A stretch of 64,000 bases of DNA from Candidatus Melainabacteria bacterium 17Bon1m (GTDB lineage: Bacteria; Cyanobacteriota; Vampirovibrionia; Obscuribacterales; Obscuribacteraceae), in the NCBI GenBank assembly GCA_032128875.1, contig JAVLKG010000003.1, positions 65,008 through 129,007 of the forward strand, read 5' to 3'. Of the stretch, positions 27,474-37,662 are shown piece by piece; within the stretch, counting starts at the first letter, position 1; every line of letters starts with the position of its first letter. The notes below the pieces were generated by a model. It was not told the DNA's origin and ran no database searches. It saw only the letters and a program-made list of their open reading frames with translations. The position numbers were made by a program, and so were the translations under genes.

Positions 27474-28166
27474 ATGCTCAACGCACTTCCGAAGTGGCTT
27501 AGGAAAGCTTTGCCCACTCTCATTCTGCTTGGCCTGGTCATCGTCGCATCCTTCACGAACTGGATGCCGGCCGGCCTGCATCAGAGCATCATCGACACTC
27601 TCAAAGGCTATGGCACAGCGCTTTTGCCGCTGGTGGGCGATTTGCTGGTGTGCGCGCTGTTTCTCAGCATCGCTCACCTGATCTACTCGCCACTATCCAA
27701 CGGAGTCTGCAAAGCGCTGGCTCGCTCAGGTGCCAGCAATCGCGGCAAGACTTTGGTCACACGTTCGCTCCAGATTGTCTACTGGAGTGTGGCCATCTTC
27801 ATCGCCGCGTCCATGCTCGCCCCCGACTTGCTCGCCAAGCTTTTCCTTGGAGTCAGCTTGTTCGGTGCCGCCCTCGCTCTTGCCTTGCAAGGCATGATGA
27901 AAGAGGTCATTAGCGGCGCCCTCCTGCAGCTGATGCCGAAATTCGAGGTCGGACAACACATCGAAGTTGTCGGCATCGCTGACGCCAAGGGCAAAGTCGT
28001 CGATATCGAGTATCTGTCCACGAAAGTCGAAGGGGCTTCCGGACCGATCATTATCCCCAACTCGAAGATCTGGGAAAACCCGGTCAAGCTGGTGCCTCCG
28101 CCCCCGCCGCCGGCTCCTCCCAAGTCGTTGCTCATCCTGCCTGGGGATCCCGGGTTCAACGGTTAA
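27474..28166 (+). CDS. small-conductance mechanosensitive channel (MscS family) protein, short form
   Basis: TM helices then ALALALQGMMKEVISGALLQLMPKFEVGQHIEV..GKVVDIEYLSTKV..IIIPNSKIW. Confidence 0.88.
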   Translation: MLNALPKWLRKALPTLILLGLVIVASFTNWMPAGLHQSIIDTLKGYGTALLPLVGDLLVCALFLSIAHLIYSPLSNGVCKALARSGASNRGKTLVTRSLQIVYWSVAIFIAASMLAPDLLAKLFLGVSLFGAALALALQGMMKEVISGALLQLMPKFEVGQHIEVVGIADAKGKVVDIEYLSTKVEGASGPIIIPNSKIWENPVKLVPPPPPPAPPKSLLILPGDPGFNG

Positions 28167-28277
28167 GTCGTTCGCGGCTGAACCAAAACAAGTCTGCAAA
28201 TTTCAGAAACGCTCCTGGCGCGCTGCATCACTCGTCGTGATGCGGTGTCGCCGAGCATGACCGTGAGGTACAAAATC

Positions 28278-29804
28278 ATGAAGTTCAACACCACTCAGCG
28301 CGGTTTCGCCAAAATCGACACCAACGCGCTTCTGATCGCTACTTTCGAAGGGGAGACCGAGTCGGGTCTCTTCAATCACGTCAACACCGCTTCTGGTGGC
28401 AACGTCAAGGCTCAGTCCGAGCTGGAGAAGTTCTCCGGTGCCGTCGGTCAGACGATGTTGACCTACCCGTTCGGCGCCATTGCCGCCAAGCGCGCCATCT
28501 TCTTCGGCGTCGGCAAGCGCAGCGAACTGACCACTGCCAAGCTTCGCAAGGCGCTGGTGGCGGCGTTCAAGCTGGCTCGCGCGCAGAAGATCAACGAGGT
28601 CACGGTCGCCGAGACGACGCTCTCCGGCACCAAGGTGAGCTCTGCTCAGTTCGCTGAGCTGGCCGCCACCGTGTCGCTGCTCGTCGACTACGAAGTCAAC
28701 CACAACAAGACCGTCGGCGTGCTGGGTTATGCGGCGCGTCCGGAGCTGGAAGAGGTGCGTTACCTCTCCGAGCACAAGGTGGGCACGAAGGTGCGCAAGT
28801 CGCTGGCCAAGGGGCGCATCGTCGCTCAGGCGGTCAATTACGCGCGCGACCTGTCCAACCTGCCGGCCGGCGAGCTGACCCCCACGGCGTTCGTCGAGGA
28901 GGCCAAGCGCGTTGCCGAGGAGTCCGGCGGGCTCATCACCTGCAAGGTGCTCAATCCGCAGGAGCTGGCTGTCATCGGTGCCCAGGGCATCATCAATGTC
29001 GGCAAGGGCTCCGACGAGCCGTACTACCTGATCGAGCTCGTCTACACGCCGCCCACCGGCGCCACGCAAGAGGTGCTCGGCTACGTCGGCAAGGCGGTCT
29101 GCTTCGACTCCGGCGGATACGACCTGAAGCCGGCTGACGGCATGCGCCACATGAAGCGCGACATGTCCGGCGGCGGTGCAGTGCTGTCGGCCATGCAGGC
29201 GATCGCCAATCTGCAGCTGCCCATCTCGGTCAAGGCCTACATGGCTCCGGTCGAGAACATGGTCAGCGGGCGCGCCTTCAAGCCGGGTGACCGCATCCGC
29301 ATGCTGAGCGGCATCACGGTCGAGGTGGACAACACCGACGCCGAGGGTCGCCTGACCCTGGGTGACATGATCACCTACGCTCGCAATGCGGGCGTGACGC
29401 GCATCGTCGACGTCGCCACCCTGACCGGCGCCATCCGCCAGGTCAACTCCGACGTGGCTGCCGGTCTCTTCAGCAACAATGACGCTTTCGCGCGTCAGCT
29501 GAAGGCTGCCGGTGAGCGCGTCGGCGAGCAGTACGAGCACCTGACCATGTGGCCGGAGCTGCGTGACTTCAACCGGGCCGAGATGTCCGACCTGAAGAAC
29601 ACGGGCGGTCCTGCCGGTGCCGGTGCCACGACCGCCGCCTGGTTCGTTCGCCAGTTCGCCGGCGAGGAGCTGCCGTGGATCCACCTCGACATCGCGTCGG
29701 TGGCGTTCCGTGACCGCGAATTCGGCGTCGATCCCAAGGGCTCGACCGGATTCTCGGTGCAGACGCTGGTGGAGCTGGCTGCCGAGTTCGCGAAGAAGCG
29801 GTAA
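28278..29804 (+). CDS. pepA: leucyl aminopeptidase (M17)
   Basis: VGKAVCFDSGGYDLKP, MKRDMSGG, NTDAEGRL, DVATLTGA, WIHLDIA; ATG at 28278 after gaggta. Confidence 0.95.
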   Translation: MKFNTTQRGFAKIDTNALLIATFEGETESGLFNHVNTASGGNVKAQSELEKFSGAVGQTMLTYPFGAIAAKRAIFFGVGKRSELTTAKLRKALVAAFKLARAQKINEVTVAETTLSGTKVSSAQFAELAATVSLLVDYEVNHNKTVGVLGYAARPELEEVRYLSEHKVGTKVRKSLAKGRIVAQAVNYARDLSNLPAGELTPTAFVEEAKRVAEESGGLITCKVLNPQELAVIGAQGIINVGKGSDEPYYLIELVYTPPTGATQEVLGYVGKAVCFDSGGYDLKPADGMRHMKRDMSGGGAVLSAMQAIANLQLPISVKAYMAPVENMVSGRAFKPGDRIRMLSGITVEVDNTDAEGRLTLGDMITYARNAGVTRIVDVATLTGAIRQVNSDVAAGLFSNNDAFARQLKAAGERVGEQYEHLTMWPELRDFNRAEMSDLKNTGGPAGAGATTAAWFVRQFAGEELPWIHLDIASVAFRDREFGVDPKGSTGFSVQTLVELAAEFAKKR

Positions 29805-29886
29805 TTCGCGGCACGACCAGCAGGTACGCCTGGTGAGCGGTAGTCGGCTGAGACGCCGACTGCCGCCGCCAGTCGGCGTCCGACCG

Positions 29887-29914
29887 GTAGGGGAGGCGCT
29901 TCTGCCTCCCCTAC
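29887..29914. repeat. GTAG-type REP-like palindrome
   Basis: gtaggggaggc-gcttct-gcctcccctac. Confidence 0.45.
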
Positions 29915-29948
29915 AACAGGGCATGAACGTCTGCTAGAGTATTCAGTC

Positions 29949-31034
29949 ATGAATACTCGATTGAAAAAACTGCAGCAGTCGCTTGCAAAGCACAAAATTG
30001 ACGCGCTACTCGTGCGTGTTCATGAAGGCGACAACCAAAACGTGCTCTACCTGAGCGGATTTGGCGGTACCACCGGCATACTCGTCATCAGCAAAAAGCA
30101 CGCTTTCATCGTCACCGACGCGCGTTATTACACACGCGCCGTTGCCGAGGCGAAAGACTACAAGCTGGTCAAAGTCATTCGCGGCAAGAAATTCACCGAC
30201 CACATCAACGAAGCGCTGGCGCTGGCTAAACTCACTAAGACAAGCCGCATCGGCTTCGAGGCAGCTCACGTTCCTGTCTCGATTGCCGAGATCTGGAAAA
30301 GCGAGTTAAAGGGCAAACTGGTTGCAACGCAGCACGTGGTCGAGCGGTTCAGGCAGTACAAGGACGCCCAGGAAGTGGAGCTCTTGCGCAAAGCCTGCCG
30401 CATCACCAGCAAGGTTTACAACGAAGTGGCGGCGATTATGCGCGCCGGCATGACCGAGAATGAAGTAGCTTTCGAGCTGGATATGCGGCTCAGGCGCTAC
30501 GGCGCTATCAGCAACAGTTTCACCTCGATCGTTGCTGCCGGACCCAATTCGGCTGTTCCGCACCATGCCACTGGCGATCGCAAGTTGCGCGCCGGTGAGC
30601 CTGTCATCATGGATTTCGGCGGCTTGTTTCCCGGCGGTTACTGTTCGGACATAACGCGCACCGCGTTCGTGCCCGGAAAAGAACCGAGCAAGCGCATTCA
30701 AGAAATCTACAACATCGTTCTCAAAGCCAATCAAGCGGCGCGCCGCGGGCTCAAACCCGGCATCACCTACAAAGAGTTCGACAAAATCGCCCGCGACTAC
30801 ATCGCGGAAAACGGTTATGGTCAGTACTTTACGCATGGTCTCGGGCACAGTCTCGGGCTCGTTGCTCATGACCCCTTCGATTACGAACACGATGCGTTCG
30901 AGGTCGGCACCGTCGTAACCGACGAGCCCGGCATCTATATCGACGGTTTCGGCGGCGTGCGTATCGAAGACGACCTGGTGGTGACGAAAGACGGCAACGA
31001 GCGTTTGACCAACGCGCCGTACTGGAAGTTTTAG
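29949..31034 (+). CDS. Xaa-Pro peptidase (M24B; aminopeptidase P/prolidase family)
   Basis: YLSGFGGT, NSAVPHH, DFGG..YCSDITRT, HGLGHSLGL..HD, EPGIYI..GGVRIEDD. Confidence 0.95.
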   Translation: MNTRLKKLQQSLAKHKIDALLVRVHEGDNQNVLYLSGFGGTTGILVISKKHAFIVTDARYYTRAVAEAKDYKLVKVIRGKKFTDHINEALALAKLTKTSRIGFEAAHVPVSIAEIWKSELKGKLVATQHVVERFRQYKDAQEVELLRKACRITSKVYNEVAAIMRAGMTENEVAFELDMRLRRYGAISNSFTSIVAAGPNSAVPHHATGDRKLRAGEPVIMDFGGLFPGGYCSDITRTAFVPGKEPSKRIQEIYNIVLKANQAARRGLKPGITYKEFDKIARDYIAENGYGQYFTHGLGHSLGLVAHDPFDYEHDAFEVGTVVTDEPGIYIDGFGGVRIEDDLVVTKDGNERLTNAPYWKF

Positions 31035-31132
31035 CTCGACCTTTCGCGTGCGCTTGTTATGGATCGCTTGAGTGATAGATCCGAGCGCCGTGCGGCATAG
31101 TCTAAGATAGAGAAAGCGATTAGGGTACAACG

Positions 31133-32104
31133 ATGCCTGAAGATGCCAGCCTTACACTTCTCACGCCGGTTCCGGAAGAGAAGCTTCAGGCGTGGTTGAA
31201 AGAGTTCTACGGCAAGAAAGTGGAGATTGAGGAGCGAGAGCTGCTTCGTCACCGCGATCTAAGCTACGTCGAGCGCCTCAGAATTCGAGATGCGTTGCCG
31301 GCGTCGCTCATCTACAAGCAAGTGTTGCCGCCCTGGGATATCGAGCAGGACTTGCACGAGCGCATTCTCATCCCTTCCATAACCAATTCGGCGCAGCTCT
31401 ACATGGCAGCGCACTTTGGTGAAGTGACAGCGATGTTCATGGAAGACTTGGGTAATGTTCAGGTCAAAGAAGTCGCCACCAAGGAGATTGCTCAGCGCCT
31501 GGGTGAAGACCTGGCGAAGATGCACCGCTCCTATTGCTACCGCACCGACGAACTGGTGCAGATGGGCATCTTGAGTACGCTCTTGCCTATCGACTACGTA
31601 GAGTTCAGCGTGAAGCTGACGCGCAAGTTGTCCGGTTGGAAGCTGGTCAGCCGCTCTCAGGTGAAGAGCCTGAAGGCGCTTGCCGGCACACTGGCACCAA
31701 AGCTTGCCGGAGAGCCGTTCTCACTGGTTCACGGTGATCTCTACGCGGAAAACATCATCAAGCGCGAACAGCGCTTGTTCTTCATCGACTGGTCGTGGTT
31801 CACCATGCTTGGTGTTCCACTGATGGACCTGGCGACAGTGACGATGCCGCATCAGAAAAATGGTGCGCTCGCTCGTTATCGCGAGGACATCATCGACGCG
31901 TACTGCTACGAGGCCGGACGTGATGTCCAAGATGTGCGAAGAGTTTTGCCGCACGCCGAGACGCTCAGCCGCCTGCTCTTCCTGAACTGGCTGGTGGAAA
32001 GGCGTTCGCGCGGCATAACCGGTACGACAGTTGGTCCGGTGGACAAACTGATCGCAACCATTGTCGATGAGCTTATCGAGCGGCTCGCGGCAATTCCAGC
32101 TTAG
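31133..32104 (+). CDS. aminoglycoside-phosphotransferase/choline-kinase-fold protein
   Basis: FMEDLG, LAKMH, LVHGDLYAENII, FFIDW. Confidence 0.88.
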   Translation: MPEDASLTLLTPVPEEKLQAWLKEFYGKKVEIEERELLRHRDLSYVERLRIRDALPASLIYKQVLPPWDIEQDLHERILIPSITNSAQLYMAAHFGEVTAMFMEDLGNVQVKEVATKEIAQRLGEDLAKMHRSYCYRTDELVQMGILSTLLPIDYVEFSVKLTRKLSGWKLVSRSQVKSLKALAGTLAPKLAGEPFSLVHGDLYAENIIKREQRLFFIDWSWFTMLGVPLMDLATVTMPHQKNGALARYREDIIDAYCYEAGRDVQDVRRVLPHAETLSRLLFLNWLVERRSRGITGTTVGPVDKLIATIVDELIERLAAIPA

Positions 32105-32267
32105 CTCGTTGAGGCGCTGCATCGCACCAAGCGTTGCTTGCGCTGATTGAATTACGAGCGACGCTGCGTTGCTCTGCTTCTTCTCTGAAATTCCCGACCG
32201 GCAGCGCCGGTTGGGGTTTCGTTCTAACTGTAAGCGGGCGTTTCACAACGCTCAAAGGAGATCTCAT

Positions 32268-33419
32268 ATGGACGGAAATGATGGCGCTTTTGGCGACCAT
32301 GACGGCCATGATGGCGGTATGGGTTCGCATTCTGGTCATGACGCGTACGGAAATCCGGACGCAGGTGGCGCCGGGCACAGTACCTTCGAGGCGCTGAGCA
32401 TCGGCTTCAGTCACCAGGGGCATTCGCACGGACACTTCTCCGGCTTCGGTGTGATGGCTCACGGTCATCACTGCCAGAGCGGGCCGAGTGGCTCCGGGCA
32501 TGCTTCGCACAGCCATGCGGGCAATCAGCAGGCGCGCTCCAAGCCGGAGCGTTGCGACGTGGCGCCGGAAGTTCCCAACTTCCACGGCGAGCGTCGGATG
32601 TTCGTGGCACACGTCGTGGCTCACGGCGACGTCGACATCGCTGCCCACTTGCCCAGCATCGCCAAGAAGTATGACGTCATTCGTCTCGACCTCTTCCGCC
32701 CGTCGATGAACGGCGAAGATCGTGTCGAGTATCAACTGGCTGACGATCAGCCGTGGCTGCCGCCTTACGATGTGGTCGATCAGCCTCCGGCTGGTTACTA
32801 CCCGAATGCGACTGGCTCAACGCGCTTCGTCAAGCAGATCTGGCAGGTCGGCCGGCGTCCCTCTATCTGGGACAAGGGTTTGGCTGCCTCGCTGCGCATG
32901 ATGCGCAAGCACGAGTGGGTGAGCGATCCGCAGTACGATCCGGATGCGAAGACCTTCTTCGAAGTCGGCATCGTGACGTGGAATTACAAAGAGACCGGTG
33001 ACCACGACACGCTCATCACCATCCGTATCGCCTCACAGCTCGTCTGGCAGCGGTACTTCAACCGGTACGGCTACAAGATCATCCCCTTCCAGAAGCATCA
33101 GGAAGCTGCCGCCAAGATTCTCCAGGACCTCCTGGGAGTCCTCAAGGCTGCCGTTCCCAACGAGATGCAGAAGCGAAATCGGGAGTTCTTCGCCGTCACT
33201 CTGCCCGGTCTCGAGAATGCCGAAGGTGACAAGACCACCCCGGCGCCGACCGAGCCGCAGCCTCCTCAGCCTCCGGTGGACAAGTGTCCTCCGGTTCCGG
33301 CTGGTGATGTGCCCGGCTCCGGTGCGGATCTCGGCAAGGTGATTGACGCCGGCACCGACGCAGAGCCCGACAAGTCGGGATTGCAGAAGGTGGACATCGT
33401 CGTCACGGTGCCTCGCTAA
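32268..33419 (+). CDS. hypothetical protein with His/Gly-rich N-terminus and Pro-rich C-terminus
   Basis: ATG at 32268 after aaggag; strong GC3 bias. Confidence 0.85.
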   Translation: MDGNDGAFGDHDGHDGGMGSHSGHDAYGNPDAGGAGHSTFEALSIGFSHQGHSHGHFSGFGVMAHGHHCQSGPSGSGHASHSHAGNQQARSKPERCDVAPEVPNFHGERRMFVAHVVAHGDVDIAAHLPSIAKKYDVIRLDLFRPSMNGEDRVEYQLADDQPWLPPYDVVDQPPAGYYPNATGSTRFVKQIWQVGRRPSIWDKGLAASLRMMRKHEWVSDPQYDPDAKTFFEVGIVTWNYKETGDHDTLITIRIASQLVWQRYFNRYGYKIIPFQKHQEAAAKILQDLLGVLKAAVPNEMQKRNREFFAVTLPGLENAEGDKTTPAPTEPQPPQPPVDKCPPVPAGDVPGSGADLGKVIDAGTDAEPDKSGLQKVDIVVTVPR

Positions 33420-33433
33420 GGTCGTGAATGTTT

Positions 33434-33486
33434 CATGGAGGGGCGCCGAACTTGTGCTTAGGTGCAGGTTCGGTTGTCCCTCCATG
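33434..33486 (+). terminator. long hairpin after the stop codon
   Basis: catggaggggcgccgaacttgtgc-ttag-gtgcaggttcggttgtccctccatg. Confidence 0.55.
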
Positions 33487-33598
33487 GACGCTCATGGCTT
33501 CCTTTGGCTCCCTGAATATGTTCTGGTGCGGGTAAACTAATGACCTTCACCAGGACATATTTTTTTGGTTGAAGTTGTCAAGAGGTGAGGGGTAGAGG

Positions 33599-35782
33599 GT
33601 GAAACCCTCGGCAGTTGAGGGGTTTGCGTTGTCCGGCTTTAGCCTAGAAAGCTTTCTCAAAAAACAAATCGGCGATGAAGAAAGCTCCTTTTCTGTGCTT
33701 GACTTCAAGGAATTGCAGCATACTGATTCACTCGCCGAGCGCAGTGATCTCGAATGGCTGAGCACCAACGGACTTGGTTCTTACGCCAGCCAAACCCTTG
33801 CGCTTGCAAATTCTCGCCGCTATCACGGTCTTTTCATTGCCTCTCTCGATCCGCCCGTGCGCCGTACTGTGCTGCTTTCTCGTCTTGATGAAGTGGCAAT
33901 CACAGCAGACGGGAAAGAGACAGAACTCGCTACTTCGTATTGGCAGGGCGATGCAGTCGCTCCGCATGGCTACGATCGTTTGAGTGCCTTCACGAATTTA
34001 CCGGTCCCGACCTGGCAATTCGATTTGCCTGGCGGTGTCCTCGTTAAGCAAGTGACGATGATTCATGGCGAGCAGCGAGTGGTGATCGGCTATACGTGGG
34101 TGCCCAATGAGGCAAACAGCGAGTCTTTGGTTTTAAAAACCGCTGTTTTGGCGAATTTTCGTGATTTTCATAGCGAAACCAAAGGAGATGCAAGCTGGAA
34201 ATTCTTGCAAAACCTGCGCTCTAAAGGCGTTTCCATCCGAGCCTATGATGAAGCAACTGAATGGTATCTCGATTTTTCTTCCGGCACCTACGCAGAAGAT
34301 GGCGACTGGTACTGGAATTACAGTTGGTCGGCTGAGTGGGAGCGCGGACTGGCCGACTCTGAAGATCTCTATCGGACAGGCTATATCACAGTTGATTTGC
34401 AACCGGGTGAATCGTTCACTATTACAGCGGGTTTAGAGAGTGCTCAAGGCTCGTTTGATATCGCAGAAGTTGTTCGCGATGAGTGGATGCGGCAGCAAGA
34501 GATCGTTGCTGCGTCGGGCGTCAGTGGACGAATTGCACAGCAATTGCTCATTGCCGGTGATCAATTTGTCGTGCATCGTGCCTCTACAAATGGTGCGTCG
34601 ATTTTGGCTGGCTACCACTGGTTTTCCGATTGGGGGCGGGACACGATGATCAGCCTCACAGGCTTGCTGATCGAAACTGGAAGGCATGCACTTGCACGCA
34701 GTGTTCTCTCCACTTTTGCAAAATATTTGAGCGAAGGAATGCTCCCCAACCACTTTCCTGATTCTGGGCAAGAGCCGCAATACAACACGATTGATGCCAC
34801 TCTCTGGTGGGCTTTCGCTTTAGATGAGTACTATCGAAACACAGGCGATGTTGCGTTTCTTCTAGAACAAGTGCCACTTCTCGATAAAGTAGTAATCGCT
34901 CACTTGCAAGGCACGCGGCACGGCATCAAAGTCGATCCGGTGGATGGTCTGTTGGAAGGTGGCGAGCCACATGTACAACTCACCTGGATGGATGCAAAAT
35001 GCGGAGATCTTGTAGTAACTCCGCGTCAAGGCAAAGCTGTCGAGGTTAATGCGCTCTGGTTCAACCTTTTGAAGACTCTCGAGTTGTTGCACACGACTCT
35101 TGCATCGGCTGTTCTGGGCTCTGAAGGTGCTGAATTTGACATGCATACGGGGCTTTCCCTTCGATATGCGGACATGGCAGAGAAGGCGCGTGTCGGGTTT
35201 TCGGCTTTCTGGAACGATTCAGAGGGCTGTCTTTTCGATGTAATTGGCAAAGACGGCTACGTAGATCCAAGCATTAGGCCCAACCAGATATTCGCTGTCA
35301 GCCTGCCTTTTAAGGTCATTAGTCCAGAACAGGCGGCTGGTGTTCTCGCCGTTGTGGAAAAGGAGCTCCTGACTGACTTCGGCTTGCGTACCTTGGCACC
35401 GCGTGACCCGGCTTATAAGGGGATATATGGCGAAACAATGGGGGCCGCCGATCAGTACCATCGAGACTTGACCTATCACCAGGGTACTGCCTGGCCGTTT
35501 TTGGCTGGTCATTGGGTCGATGCTAGAGTCGCTATTCATGGGCATCAGAAGAGCAATTTCGAATTCATTGCTGAGAGGCTTCTGCCTCTAATACAGCATA
35601 TGAATGAAGAGGCCTGTATCGGTTCTATATCTGAAATATTCGATGGCGATGAGCCGCACCGTCCCATGGGCTGTATTGCGCAAGCGTGGTCTGTAGCAGA
35701 AGTGACCAGAGTAGTTTTGAAATATCCGCAACTTAGAGAAATTTTGGAAGCGACCGTTGCACCGCCAGCGGTGGCAGTTTAG
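33599..35782 (+). CDS. glycogen debranching enzyme / amylo-alpha-1,6-glucosidase
   Basis: EWLSTNGLGSYAS..RRYHGL, AGYHWFSDWGRDTMISL, YNTIDATLW, QLTWMDAK..TPRQGKAVEVNALW, YHQGTAWP, GCIAQAWS. Exact start uncertain. Confidence 0.93.
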   Translation: MKPSAVEGFALSGFSLESFLKKQIGDEESSFSVLDFKELQHTDSLAERSDLEWLSTNGLGSYASQTLALANSRRYHGLFIASLDPPVRRTVLLSRLDEVAITADGKETELATSYWQGDAVAPHGYDRLSAFTNLPVPTWQFDLPGGVLVKQVTMIHGEQRVVIGYTWVPNEANSESLVLKTAVLANFRDFHSETKGDASWKFLQNLRSKGVSIRAYDEATEWYLDFSSGTYAEDGDWYWNYSWSAEWERGLADSEDLYRTGYITVDLQPGESFTITAGLESAQGSFDIAEVVRDEWMRQQEIVAASGVSGRIAQQLLIAGDQFVVHRASTNGASILAGYHWFSDWGRDTMISLTGLLIETGRHALARSVLSTFAKYLSEGMLPNHFPDSGQEPQYNTIDATLWWAFALDEYYRNTGDVAFLLEQVPLLDKVVIAHLQGTRHGIKVDPVDGLLEGGEPHVQLTWMDAKCGDLVVTPRQGKAVEVNALWFNLLKTLELLHTTLASAVLGSEGAEFDMHTGLSLRYADMAEKARVGFSAFWNDSEGCLFDVIGKDGYVDPSIRPNQIFAVSLPFKVISPEQAAGVLAVVEKELLTDFGLRTLAPRDPAYKGIYGETMGAADQYHRDLTYHQGTAWPFLAGHWVDARVAIHGHQKSNFEFIAERLLPLIQHMNEEACIGSISEIFDGDEPHRPMGCIAQAWSVAEVTRVVLKYPQLREILEATVAPPAVAV

Positions 35783-35819
35783 GTTCATTTACTGGTAGGA
35801 AACCTCAAAGGTACAAGGC

Positions 35820-36992
35820 ATGAAGATTCAACCGAAACACTGCGCAATCGTAGCCGGCTCACTGGCTGGTTTTCTTTCGCTTGGCTGGCAAGCGCAAGCT
35901 CAAAATAAACCAGCCGCAACGGGGTCCCCTGCGAAAGAAGCGGCTGCGCAGCCAGCCAGCAAAACAGCGCCGCCGGCTGGTGTAAAACCCGCTCCACAAG
36001 CAGCTCCCACTGGAGCTCCAAAAGTGATGGTTACGCCTGCGCAGCAAAAGGCACTAGTTTCTTCAGTGAAGAGCTTGCAAGAAGCGGTGAAGTTGAGCCG
36101 TGCTCGCAAATGGCCACAAGCACACGCCGCCTACACGAGTTTGATCAAATCCAATCCTGAGCTTGGTATCGCCTATGCCGACCGCGCTCTTACACTCCTT
36201 GCTATGAAGCGATACGGCGAAGCCGTCGCTGATTGCAACAAGGCTATTGCGCTCCGTAAGGACACTTTCGAGGTCTACAATCGGCGGGCTGTTGCATACA
36301 TGCAAATGAAAAAGTACGACCTGGCATTGGCTGATTTCACTAAGGTCATCAATTTGAACCCCAGCTCAGCCGCAGCCTACCGCGATCGCGCCGTCTGCTA
36401 TTTGCGCAAAGGCGACAAGAAAAATGCTAAGCGCGATATAGACATGGCGAAAAAAGCTATAGGCGGCAAGCTGACCGCTTCCAGCCAGCAGCAGAAAACC
36501 TCATTCCTGGCTGTTAAGGGCGGAAATCTTGTCGACTTGAGTTCTGTGCAGACAGAAAAATTTGATGAGATGATGCAGAAAGACCCTGCTCACAAGCCAA
36601 TGTTCATGCTCCAGCGCGCGACGGTCAATATGCTTCAGGCTAAGCCACAAAAGGCGCTGGAAGATGTAGATCAAGTGCTTAAGCTCAGTGACGCCGACTT
36701 GATCAAAGGTGGATGTCCACCCAGAGACAAAGTTCAACAGCTGCGTATGACCGCGCTGCACAAGCTTGGGCGCCATGGTGATGCAATTGCCGAGAGCAAT
36801 AGTCTATTGAAATTGCATCCAGATGATGAGCAAGCGCGCTTGATTCTAGCTATGTCCTACTATGAAACGGGCAAGTATAAAGAAGCGATGGATGAAGCCG
36901 GCAAGATCAAGAAGAATCCGAAATTGGCACAGGCTGCCAAAATCATTAGAGATAAAGCCGGTAAGGGTGCAAAGGCTAGACCTAAGAAGTAA
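35820..36992 (+). CDS. exported tetratricopeptide repeat protein
   Basis: Signal peptide ending AQA, Pro/Ala linker, TPRs such as VYNRRAVAYMQMKKYDLALADFTKVINLNP. Confidence 0.9.
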   Translation: MKIQPKHCAIVAGSLAGFLSLGWQAQAQNKPAATGSPAKEAAAQPASKTAPPAGVKPAPQAAPTGAPKVMVTPAQQKALVSSVKSLQEAVKLSRARKWPQAHAAYTSLIKSNPELGIAYADRALTLLAMKRYGEAVADCNKAIALRKDTFEVYNRRAVAYMQMKKYDLALADFTKVINLNPSSAAAYRDRAVCYLRKGDKKNAKRDIDMAKKAIGGKLTASSQQQKTSFLAVKGGNLVDLSSVQTEKFDEMMQKDPAHKPMFMLQRATVNMLQAKPQKALEDVDQVLKLSDADLIKGGCPPRDKVQQLRMTALHKLGRHGDAIAESNSLLKLHPDDEQARLILAMSYYETGKYKEAMDEAGKIKKNPKLAQAAKIIRDKAGKGAKARPKK

Positions 36993-36995
36993 TGG

Positions 36996-37298
36996 TTGGA
37001 TATGACCGCCGACTCTAATAGCGAAGACAATCCAAAGACCCAAACGGAGACTTCCAGATCATCGGGTGACGGTCGTTATCCACCCTCCCGCACTGCAGTA
37101 GGAGCTGCTGATGAAGGTTCTCCAAGTTATTTGCCGAACGAAGAATTACAGTGTGAGGTAATTGGGTTTCGAGAAGGTGGATTTGAAGTATTGATTCTCC
37201 GAGACGGCAATAAAGCGTTTCTCAAAACCGATCGATACTGCAAATTGGGTGAGATTGTCCTCGCAAGGTTTCAGAACTGGCGGGATCGCCAGCGTTAA
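36996..37298 (+). CDS. small hypothetical protein with S1/OB-like segment
   Basis: Starts 3 nt after the upstream stop. LQCEVIGFREGGFEVLI..AFLKT..KLGEIVLARF resembles an S1-type barrel. Confidence 0.6.
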   Translation: MDMTADSNSEDNPKTQTETSRSSGDGRYPPSRTAVGAADEGSPSYLPNEELQCEVIGFREGGFEVLILRDGNKAFLKTDRYCKLGEIVLARFQNWRDRQR

Positions 37299-37662
37299 GT
37301 CCGGCTAAGCAAAAGCGTTTTGGCTATGGGTAGCGCAAGCTGCGCTTGCCGAGTGCTGCGCAAAATGCTTTGCATTACGACACAGAAAATCAATATGACA
37401 AAAGGTTGCATGCGGCTCCCTAAGCTAGTTCGCGTGTCCGAGATTCTTTTCGTTTTATTGCGCGTTTCGACCTTTTTGGTCTCCCTAGCCGGGCAATGCT
37501 AGGTTTCAACCTCAGTTTTTACTTCTGCCCACTGGAAACATACCGACCCCCGAATCAAATAGCCGCTTCGATTTCAGCCCATTTGCCTTGTCGCATTTGA
37601 GATGGAATAGAAGCCGCCGTTTGATTTCAGGGACGTCAAGAGACCTCAACCAGGAAAACCAC

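Noticed and set aside
28203-29924. 573-aa antisense ORF
   Set aside because: Shadow of pepA caused by GC3 bias; the plus strand has all the M17 motifs.
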